DNA of 64,000 nt from Setoptus koraiensis (lineage: Eukaryota; Animalia; Arthropoda), in the NCBI GenBank assembly GCA_048013815.1, contig CM106585.1, forward strand, positions 12,710,001 to 12,774,000. The letters are read 5' to 3'. How positions within the stretch are numbered: the stretch's first letter is position 1; each line of letters starts with the position of its first letter. A program made the translations under genes and the position numbers. Shown in pieces: positions 53,219 to 64,000 of this stretch. The notes under the pieces are model-generated. The model made no database searches. It was given only the letters and a program-made list of their open reading frames with translations, and was not told the DNA's origin.

Positions 53219-54896
53219 CTTTTTATCTCATTAGTGTTGGCACACACACACACTTGACCAGTTAGTGTGCCTGTGTAAATCATCGAGCCTTTCAGCATGA
53301 AACTTCATAGAGATCTCTGGATCTTTGTGGAGTACAGTTTGCACAAAATAAAAGGAAACGCCATTTGTTAAGGTCGATAAGGCACAGGTTGTGGTTCAGG
53401 CTCATCAATAATACATTGGTTGAACTGGTGATAATTGGCTAATTGAACATCAGATCGACTCATCGTCTCTTTCCGTTGATTGAACTTATTATTGTAATCT
53501 TGACAACATCGTAAATATATGTAGATATTATTCAGAGAGAAAGAGTCTGTCTGTGATAATTTCCTCCATTTCTTCTTTCATTTTCACTTCCTCAACTTAC
53601 AACCAGCCTAGTATAGATTGTCGGTTCGTTTAATCATGAGAGTTCTAACGCAACAATGATGATGATATTATATATACTTAATTTAGATATATAAGCAGAA
53701 TGCTCACAAGATTATCTAGTTCTTAGAATGGTGTTGAGAAGGAGTTCCTTTGTTGTTCATTCAAAAAGTTATAATGCATGTAACTTCATTATATGCTGTT
53801 ACTATCGCCAGTCAAACATACCTGTTGAATGAGTTGCAACTATCGTAGTTGTAGTAGTAAAGGTTTAGTAGAAGTAGTAGTGGTTGCGATTATCTAGTAT
53901 TCAGTATGAAGGCTTTATGATTGACTTGTGTAACTACAAGTCCCTTCTAGTATCCTCACTGGTGTCCCCGGAGATGCAATAATAATAATAATAGTAATAA
54001 TAGGCACTATTTGTATAGTTGTCTGACTACTTGTCAGAATTGAATTCACCTGTGTGACTTGTCAGTCGAGAATCATAGTGACAAAGCAGGACTAATTTTT
54101 TTCTATAGAAACGTGAGAGCTATTCGATTGAATGAGTCTGCTGTCTTTGATGACCATCACTGATGCCATTCCACGATCCTCTTCTCTGTAACACATAATA
54201 TTGGAATAAATTATCATCAGTTTATTCAAGTAATGGGACCTACATTGTCAGTTGGTTCGGTCAAACCATTCGTCTATTCAATCTTCTGTGAGGCTTGTGG
54301 CCCTGCAGTATTGGCAACAAAAGATTCTTGTTGGGTCATTCTACTTTTTGTGCTGCCTTGTAACCATTGCATCCAATTCATACTCTTTGATATACCCTCA
54401 TCCGTCTGGAATCAGGATTGATTTTTGCTGTTTTTATTGTTGCTGTTGAATCAATCACTTTGACAACTTTGATCATTTGAGTGAGGTATGATTGATTTGC
54501 AACTATCGGGTTATCTCCATGACAAACAGCAATCCCATATACGCCTAGAATGGTTTTGCAAAATTTGCAATTTGCGTAAGTGATATGTAGCACAATCAAT
54601 TGACCTTATTGTTGGCCATGTGGAGCCCCTGACTAAGCAAATTGTTGAAATAAAGTTGTTTTTTCACTGACCTGCAATTAAATTCTTAGCCCATTTGTTT
54701 TGTGTGTATTTCATGAGAGTTTAAACACACAATTGTTCCGGTTTAAATCAGATAAACAAGGTGTCATCATGTCGAAGTATTCATTGGAATTTTGTCGAAT
54801 CATCGAAAGGCTTTGTTAGCGTTAGATTGAGGCACAAATCTATTCACGAAATTAATCACTTATGATAGATACTAAAGAATCCATGCCATACACTCG

Positions 54897-54905
54897 TATA
54901 TAAAG
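54897..54905 (+). promoter_or_regulatory. TATA box of the downstream secreted-protein gene
   Basis: TATATAAAG about 140 bp upstream of ATG 55044. Confidence 0.6.
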
Positions 54906-55043
54906 GCGAGCAGATTGTGTCAGACCATATCAATCATTCGCAAACAAGTAATTGTTAATCGACAATCAACTCAGATCAATTACAAAGACAAACACAGAGT
55001 TCAATTGCAGCCAACAGAGAAGAACAATCAAACAATTGTCGAA

Positions 55044-55672
55044 ATGTCTCAAACAAAAATGATCCTATTAGTTGCCTTGGTAGCCATCGTGTCCGCATCG
55101 AGCTCATCGGCCCAAATGTTAGACGTGGACAAGTGTCGAAATGTTCTATCAAGCGCAATGAGTAAGCCTCTTGAAACACAATAGCTAATCGCTCATGAAA
55201 CAATTAATTGTTTTTACTAGTCTCTGCCCAATACGCGTGTCATATCTCTCTCTCATTAACTAATCAGTAAATTCTATACTATACACAAACACCTCGTTAT
55301 TTATCCATAGGTAAATTCGTCCAAGATAACCAAAATTTACTTTCCAAGTTTCAACAGCAGGCCGTCGACAATTTAAGCAACTCAATGCAATTAGATCAAT
55401 TTAACGGTATCATCAATCAGATGAGCAACGAGTTGAGTTCAATGTCACAAAACTTGCAGCAGCCCGATGCTACTGCAATGATGGGGTCCTTGAGTAAGCT
55501 CGCCTCTCTACAAGCTCAATTTTATCAGTTGTTTTTGAATCCCGATGTTGCCCTAAACATGTACCAAGCATACATTACCTACCTGTCCAGTTCAGCTAAT
55601 CAGAACCTCCAATTAATGACAAGTGTCCCAAGTGGTTGTATTCCAACACGAAGAGCACTACCAAGCCAATAG
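55044..55672 (+). CDS. Small secreted Gln/Ser/Asn/Met-rich helical orphan protein, 159 aa. Exons 55044-55161, 55311-55672
   Basis: Signal peptide MILLVALVAIVSASSSSA. The A|GTAAGC..CATAG|GT intron keeps the frame open. Two Cys, one near each end of the mature chain. Confidence 0.8.
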
Positions 55673-58544
55673 ACATGAAACGGACAGTTCAAATTGACGA
55701 CCAATCAATTTGAACAATCAGCTTCAACATTGATTATGTATTCGTAGCGTAAACGTATTAAACTAAAGGTGATCAAACCGAGGTGAACATAAGATCAACG
55801 TGCAAAGCCAAATGCACAAACAAACAATCTAATAATCTAGCTAAAACTTGTCAATGACAAAAAGTTAATCGACAAGACACGAATGACGCAAGATTGCTGG
55901 TGCTAGTCACGCAATGCAATAACATGGGCGATGTTCATCTCGGAATGGTCATTATCGGACAACATTGGCACAAAAACATCCATCGCCGCCAACAAGTCAT
56001 GATAAATCACATGATATTCGATTGCACAACGTAAACAGAGAAGAAAAACAAAACAAAAATAAAATATTACATAATATAATACAATACAAATCTGATGCGT
56101 AATAGTCATTTCTTCTGTCGGCCCCATGAACGAGGGTTGTATGCTATTATGAGCAGTGTTTCCTCAAAAAATGGTGAACACATCTTGTATTGAGATGACA
56201 CATACATCTCAATATGAAGAATGTGACAAATTGTCCTGAATAGATCATCGTTCGTTGCATAAATGATGATATAACGATGCATGGAGGGTATATGGTAAGA
56301 CCTTTTTGCAACTGAATTCGATCTTGATGTTATTCCAAGCACAACAAGTGACGACCATCTCGAGATTCTGTGTTGAGATATCATGAGATACATAGAAAAA
56401 GAGCAATAGAATCTACTCATAAACTTTCTTCTTATCCCAAGATTATTATCGTTCATTCGAGCATTGCAGCATTCACTGATTAGCAAAGAATTCATTATCG
56501 ATCATCATCGATGCTTTACGGGTATGACTAACTAACTGATATTTGTATTCTTATCAACTTTGCATTGAACGCAAAATAAGAAAGAAAAATTGATAAGAAA
56601 TGTTTATGAGGACCAATCGCTGGTAACAAGCGGCTCAAGATGACATTATATCATTACAACAGGTTGTTGTATAATCTTTAATTATGTGTGAAGCAGTCTA
56701 GACAAGATAATCATGATGAGCCTAATTAAGATTATTAAGTCATCTGTCGATAGTGCTTAATGTCACTAGTTGTCGTTGTTGTTGTTGTTGTCCGAGCAAC
56801 AGTTGTAAGGCGAGCATGAGCAACAGTTAATCTCGAGGCGATAGATTGGATTCGCTGAATTAACTCACTGCGGACCAGATTTACCTGAAAAACAAATACC
56901 AGGTATTATCAGTTGACACAGAGGCACAACTCATTAGAAGAGACTGATCGATGTTTATCGGATAAGAGATGCTTGTTCTTGGCGAGTAATTAATAACGAT
57001 AATAGCGTGAGTATGAATCGCTGATCTGAAATGGCCTGACTGTTGCTAATGAATTGGTTGAACAACAACAGCAACAACAACAACAACAAAAATTAAGGTT
57101 CAGTTTAATTGTGAAAAGTGAGAGAAAGAAGAAAATAGAACACATGCCAACATCCACTTACGAGGAAGAATTATAAGGAAGGATGCACTTTTTGCGTCTA
57201 CATATTGCTGACTAATAGTGCTGCTGATGAGAAATTGCGATGAAAGATGATTATTATGATGTGTAAGTGCAAGTGAATGACGATTATCATTTAAAGTAAT
57301 CAGCTAGCGGTTGCTTAGCGAAACACTGGCAAAACTTGTTGATGGTGAATATCTGGTTGGCCGGATGAGAAGAATTGCCAATGAGCATTGTTGTTATTCT
57401 TTCACATAGTGTGCATTTCGAGTGATTGAAATGTAAAAATTTGACAGCAATGTGTGTGTATGACAATGGCCACTAGGCAGACAAATGATTTTTGTTTGTG
57501 GGCAAGTTGTTTCGGTAGTCGGGGGAGGGGGGCGAGCAGAGCTTCGAAAATGATTGATACAGCACCTGTTGTTTGTGTCTCGATTATTCGGATTGTTCAT
57601 GACTAAAGTTTTGCAATGCAGCCAACCAACACTATGGAAGGAATGGACATGGCGTACATTGGCAACTGGCGGAGGTAGCCATCATCAACCGATAGTAACG
57701 TGATCATAAACTCAATAATGACCACCGCCACTTTCTATATAAAGCCTCATGCTCATGTGAGTGCAGATAATGTAACACGCTATAAATAACAGTATAAATA
57801 ATCAAAAAATAATAATATCAATAATAATAATATTAATTGCAATGGCCGACTATGACGAGCGCAAGTCTACTGTGAGCTTTTTCTAATAGATATACCCTCC
57901 ACCAGCAATGGCAAGCTGTTGTTTGCGTCGCTGATTTCGTCGTCTCATTGCGAGGTTCGCCGTCTCGTTGCAAGGCAAGAGGAGGATAGAGAAAAATTAC
58001 CATCACTACCTCGGCTGGCACTTGTTGCCGTTGCCAAACGTTGCCGAACGTTGCCAAAGCGAGAGAGATAAATATTCATCCTACTGTTTTAGCTCACTTC
58101 CAATCTGCAATGTTGGTCCGTCGCCTGATTAGGCAAGCACCGAATAACGGATTAATCAAACCCGATCAGTGTTGTCGAGCTGGTGGTGCCAGTTGTTGTC
58201 GTTGCCGTTGCCGTTGCTTTTGTTGTTGGTTGTGGCAGTGCCAGCGACTGGCGTTAGTGTGTGCCATGATGAACTCACCTGTTGCACTAGTCTAATATAG
58301 TTTTATCGCTCGCTGGCAACGCCATTAACACTATTAACTATTGCTAGCAACGCAAGGCACGATGCTTTTTGGCGTCTTGGCGAGCTCGCCGGCAAGTCGC
58401 ATGCGAATGGTCCATCATTATCAGACAAACATTGGCCATTGGTAGGTTTAGCGGCGTTCAGCAGCAGTGAGCGGGCAGCATGATTTGATTTTACTTAAAA
58501 CCGGCCACGCTGTCACCTACAGCCAACCCGCCAAATAGAGAGCG

Positions 58545-58548
<4 letters not shown>

Positions 58549-58577
<29 letters not shown>
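58549..58577. repeat. (GA)n microsatellite
   Basis: About 14 GA units. Confidence 0.9.
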
Positions 58578-58581
<4 letters not shown>

Positions 58582-60144
58582 AACCCGGTAATAAGATTAT
58601 TATCGGACAATAATTAAACTTATTGCATACGGCGCCACAAGTACGTCGCCGTTATCGCATGTTAAACTGTTGTTGCTGCGCCCACTTGTTGCCCACCAAT
58701 CAACAAGCTAGTGAAAGTAACAAAAAGTCAGTTCCCTCACCTCACCCTCGGTCTGGCCGCGGCACAACGGATAACATAGTCGCATAATACAGTGACAAGT
58801 GCATTTCTTACAAATTCGACTCGGCAAAAGCTCGGTCTGGCACAAACAATCACGGCACTAGCGGCCACAGTATTAGCAACAAGATTGATATGAGCGGCGA
58901 GAATCTGCTCCGCAGCGCCAGATCAAATAAAGAGATTGTTTGTTTGTCTGTTAACACACATAAAACATCCTCCACATCAAATTGACCTCATCAACATGCC
59001 AAGCTCATAGCGACCGCATCCATTTATCCGAAGGTGAGTGATTGGCGCACCGAAAATGCACCACTAGCAAGTGTGTGAATTGCCGCTAATATGGCTGCTG
59101 CGAATAAATTTGTTGCTGTTTCCCTATCGTCTTGACAAGTGAACATTGTCGAGCCACTTTGCTGCATTAAACTGATTACGGTGTTTACTAGTGCCTGATG
59201 ATATCTCACTATATCTGTGTATATATATATATATATATATGTTTGATGCTTCGTTGCGGCGAACGCCGCCGAAATTATTTGTTTGCTATGCACATCGCTT
59301 GCGTCAGTTGCTTATCGCCATGACTCGGGTGTTCTCATTTATTTATTCATTCATATTGAGGCGCATTAGCAACCAACAAACAAGCCAACAAGCTGACGGA
59401 GCGAACTCTCCGTTGGCGCTTTAAATGAAGCTGTGACTGCTAGTTACCTGGTTGCGCCAGGTAGTAGCCGGCCGGTCGGCCAACTAAACGGCAACGACAA
59501 CGTCGACGACGACGACGTGAAGTCATTCAACACCAAGAGTTCAAATGTGGCCAGTTGCTTCATCTGGTCGAGCCACCGACCGACCAAGTCGACACAGTAC
59601 AATTAGGTGTATCAAAGGGAGAGCGGGATTAAATCAGCATTCATTATACACATGGCCACTAAGATATGGCCACATGGATGATTGAATTGAACTGTGGCAT
59701 CGTCATTAATGAATTGCCCCTGCGCCGAGTTAGTAAGCGTTAGTTAGCGAGCAGATATTTGAGATGATATGATTATTATTACGATTATTATGATTATTGC
59801 CAGTGCTTTCTCTGACTGTCTGTCCCCTGTCTGTCTGTCTGTTTCTGCCCGTTTTGTCCGTTCTGCCCGTTCTGCCCAGTTAATAATTTGTAAAGAAAAA
59901 ATAAGCGTGATATTGTATCAAGTTTGTCGCCGTTGTATCAAGTAGTCGTCCTAGGCCGCGCCGAGCTGAGCCGCACCACACCACACCTCGGCTCACTTGG
60001 CTTCACCTCGGCTCACCTTAACTCCTCGCTTCACCTGTGCTCATCACATGCTACCAAAGTGGTCAAGTGAGAGTGAACGGCCGGCAACGGCAACGGCAAC
60101 GGCAATGCTTCTTCTGCTTCTTTTCTTTTGCGTTACATAAGCCA

Positions 60145-60157
60145 TATAAAATCGATA
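60145..60157 (+). promoter_or_regulatory. TATA box overlapping a DRE-like ATCGATA
   Basis: TATAAAATCGATA about 950 bp upstream of the 61110 ORF. Confidence 0.4.
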
Positions 60158-60313
60158 GGAGTAGTTTTAGCTGGACAAAGAGAAGCTCGTTGGCTGTTCG
60201 TGTGCTGGACAATTGAGCAAATGTTGATCATAGTTGGCAGCGGCAATAACTACTGGCTAACTCATCATCATTTTGCCAGCGCCATAGGCATAATTTCTTT
60301 CAAACTTTCTTTA

Positions 60314-60397
60314 CAACAACAGCAACAACAGCAACAACAGCAACAGCAACAACGGCAGCAACAGCAACAACAACAGCAACAACGGCAGCAACAGCAG
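60314..60397 (+). repeat. CAA/CAG trinucleotide tract (28 triplets, two of them CGG)
   Basis: Direct reading. It lies upstream of the 61110 CDS with no in-frame ATG. Confidence 0.95.
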
Positions 60398-61109
60398 TTG
60401 TATTAGTTGAATAACATAACTCTATCTCACTTATCCAGTTTACAGCGGCTAACGGTATTGGAAGGCAACAGTGAAAACTCTCCTCCCTATGATAAATAAT
60501 GCAAAATTATTATCATTACAATCATCATCAGCAGCCACCATCACTATCCTGTGTCCGAGCAGTTATGTAATAAGTGTTATGTTATATTACATGTATGAGC
60601 GAGAGTGAAAGGGAGAGAGAGAGAGCACCTCACCGACAATAACAATAAGTCTCATGTGAATGGCATCTAGATCTGATTATCAGAAGTCAAAAGAACACAC
60701 TCTGATAATAATTATCGTCGCCATTAAATCAACAATCATCAGATGAGCACCGGACAAATTTGAGCCAGACACCCATAGAGAGCCACAGACAAATTGAGAT
60801 CTGGAAAGAGAGACAGAGGGAAAGAGTTTACACAAGCGAGCCGAGCTTCTGTTAGAACCTATATAGTCGTGTTAGTTGCGGCCCTCGTTTTTTCTGTCCA
60901 CAACTCCATCACACCAACACACAAATACAACAATAATGTAAACTGTTTAGTTTAGTGTCAGATAGTTATCGACGTTACCACATCAAATAATCGTTTAGTT
61001 TTACAGTAGCAACAGCTCGCAACAGTTGACGCAATATTCTCAGACATTTTGCAGGCGACATTCATTTCGAGCACCATAAGCAAACAAACAAATATTGCAA
61101 AACATACAG

Positions 61110-63617
61110 ATGATGGTTCCATCAGTTATAAATACTAACAATTATTGCAGACAACAATTTCCAATTAATAGTGGACATGCTAAGCCATTAGAATCGCCAC
61201 AATCAGCAACAAACAACTCTGGGCTACTGATTAATGTGACCAAGAGTAGACTTGCATCGTTGGCTACCACCAAAACAAACTCTATGCTCAAATCAGAAAG
61301 AAATAGTGAAAACAACACAAAAAAGTTATTCAGCCACATCAACAACAAACTGTCGCTCACTTCCCATTACAACAAAACAATGTCTTCGCTCATGTTGGAT
61401 CTAGGTGGTAAAGTCCGACAATTGACTAATAATCTACAAAAGAACCACAAGAGAATAAGCGAAAGTCGCTTGTCATTGATCAGTGATGAATGTTATCTGG
61501 CAAAATTGTCGTCGTCCTCAACAACACCAGCATCATTAGCAACAACAGCGTCAGCTGTAGCATTTGCAGCCCCTGAAGAAGAAGACCGACTGAGTGTTGG
61601 TCGGCAACAGGAACAACACAATACCAGCAAACAAGCAATTGCATCACCGGCAATCACCATGAGTCCGCAAAAGCAAAAAATCCTTTGTCAACAACAACAA
61701 CAACAAAGTGACAACAACAAACTGGTCATTGGTCACAAGCTGACCACTGTCTACAACGACTGTCAGCCACTGCTCAAGATTGCGCCAAAACATAAATTTC
61801 AACAACAGCGACACAATCACAGACACGCTGACAACACTAATACTTTAGCTAATTTATCTGGCGAGACAGTTGCACTCAAGTCGAAGAGAGGCTGCTGCCT
61901 AAGTCAGGTGAAATACTCCATTGAGTCATTGGAGTACCAGCGATACTTAGACAATGTGCAAAATTCTTTTCTTTGTAGAAATTTTATGACAAACAACTCA
62001 ATGAGTTTGTGTCAGACAATGCTATGGCTCGTCACTGTAAACGTGATGATACTGAGCTTGATAACTGGCCCTGGATGTTTTGTTCTAGCGACTGACCATG
62101 CGGTTGCTGGCGATCAGCTATTGTTATATTCGCCGGCCGCTACAATAAACGCAGTAGATGCGTCATCGCACCAGCAACAATCATCCGGAAATCCGTCACA
62201 AACAGACGATTACGTTGATGACGGTGCCGATATAGATGTTATGGCCGGCCAACAACAAATATCCACGGCCCATTTATTATCGGCTGCAGGTCATATTGTT
62301 CCAGACAACTATTTTGGGCCCAATTCTGTGCCTATAGATTATAGCCAGAGTGGCCAGAGCCAACAGCAATCTTCCCAGGCAACATCGCCAGCGGATCCGT
62401 TGCAATCGGCATCGTCCGAGCGCGATATTATCACTGTCAACAGTCAGACGCAACAACAGCAACAACAACAACACATTACAACTGATGGTGTTGCTTCTTA
62501 CATTGACTACAATGGATACAATTTGGCCACGCAACCTCAACACGAGACCATCAATCAGGCGGATGTTGTCGACTTCAACGGTGCCCACCCCAATACAGCC
62601 TACTATGCCATCTACAATGGAGAGAATCCTGTGCCGCAGAGTCTTCAGGTTAGCCTCCAGAGCGGCCATCCACAATTGAGCCAAGATCAGTCAAATCAGT
62701 ACAATCAAATGCTCAGCGATAATCAAATATTCGGTCAATCTCTGGATGGCAGTGATCAAATTTCGTCCAATGGTGCTGGCTACAATCCCAGCGGATCCGT
62801 TGGCTCGGCCAGCTCAAACAATGCTGTCTACACGTCGGACAGTGGCAACAGACAACAACAATCCTCCAACCAAAACAACTTCGGCCAGCCCACTAGAGAC
62901 GGTACACGTCCGAAAGATTTACTGTCACCAGATACAGCCATACCAGCAAATACAATATCATCGCCAGTAATTAACTCGTTGGCCAACATGCCAAAGGTCA
63001 ACATGCAACAGTTGGCGTCGAAAGTGCCCCAGGTTGCAACGCCACAGTTTAGTTTTTCATCAAGCAAAGACCCCATGGAGAAGGTGAAAGCAGTCAATCA
63101 AAAGAAGCGAACAATGATGCGCCAAGCGGAACAGTTAGCCAGGCTTATGATTGATTCATTCAATAAGAAATTCGGAACCACCATCGGAGATCAGACAGAT
63201 ATACCATTCGTTTTGTCCACATTGGGTCCATTGGGTTTCGCACAGAATCTGCTTTTCGACCCATCTTTTCTGTAAGTACAAATCAATAGAATAACATCAA
63301 TTCTGACATTCCTCAATATTGTCAGAATCCCTTAAGTTGACACAATTCTTCTTTGTATTCTACAACAATATCGCAACAGTATCACATTATTACACAGTAC
63401 CGAGAAGGGCTATATCTCAGATGTATTACCAAGTCCTGCGAAGATGATCATAAGGCCTGTTTTGAATGCCTTCAGAATGCCAAATAAAAAGAGAGACAAG
63501 GGCAACTTAGTCAACGTTCTGAGTTACATATCGTCAGGCTTACAAGCGCCCGCAGGATTGCAACCAAATCACAGACAGGCCGGCTACAAGAAAAGTAGCG
63601 GTACTAAAAAGTATTGA
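61110..63617 (+). CDS. Large low-complexity (Q/S/N-rich) protein with an internal signal or anchor segment and a globular-looking C-terminal domain. Exons 61110-63271, 63380-63617
   Basis: 2.1-kb open frame. Hydrophobic MLWLVTVNVMILSLITGPGCFVLA near codon 305. The CT|GTAAGT..ACAG|T intron adds 79 codons. No family recognised. Confidence 0.75.
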
Positions 63618-64000
63618 GATTAGCTAAGATGAAGTGCTACAATATCAAATTCTTGTCTAGCTTTGTCTGATTAAGCTAATAAATCTATTTTTCGATATAA
63701 AAAATTGTAAAAAATCATTTCAATATCAACATTTGCTTGCCCATAATTTGTTTTTTTTGTTGTTTTTGATAACAACAACTTTCCTACTTGATTAGCTAGT
63801 CGATGAGATCTCAAATATGACATCGGCTATGATAGGTACTACACCCGGGTCAAGTATTCGAGACATGACTAATGATAATAGCCTTTGCTGATGTTGCACG
63901 AATAGGGAGTGGTTATCACTTAGCTGCGACATGCATTTAAGTGTATGCGCAGCTCTTCTTAACATATCTAATGTTGTTCCGGTGGCTTCTGGATCCTTGA

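Noticed and set aside
54200-54680. Possible inverted degenerate paralog of the 55044 secreted gene
   Set aside because: Similarity is too weak to distinguish from compositional chance, and the putative acceptor leads straight to a stop.

Overview
This is eukaryotic DNA from a very compact, intron-poor arthropod genome. The pattern is consistent with a small acariform mite such as an eriophyoid, but the taxon is inference only. I found no bacterial features, CRISPR array, rRNA, tRNA or intact transposon. By hand-splicing GT-AG introns I can support about 21 protein-coding genes plus one pseudogene. In order these are: a 5'-truncated rhodopsin-type GPCR, an intronless secreted CUB-like protein, SOSS-B/NABP, VAT-1-like, SPATA2/tamozhennic-like, IMPAD1, a three-domain i-type lysozyme, a small secreted orphan, RPP30, BCAP31, a WW-less WBP4, an orphan, SENP6/7-like, PNP, TBC1D2-like, GABARAP/Atg8, DPH3, KAT5/Tip60, AFG1L, ADAT1-like, a second small secreted orphan and a large low-complexity protein. 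There is a 500-N gap at 20165-20664. The most unusual structure is at 1.1-7.3 kb. The GPCR-3'/SOSS-B-3' junction is duplicated on both sides of the CUB-like gene, each copy keeps a different gene intact, and a 685-bp core is about 99.7% identical inside roughly 90% identical flanks. Other highlights are the triple, probably non-muramidase i-lysozyme with a ~390-aa mucin-like spacer, domain-trimmed housekeeping proteins, and convergent gene pairs only ~50 bp apart. All gene models and alignments were made by eye and need RNA-seq and homology searches.
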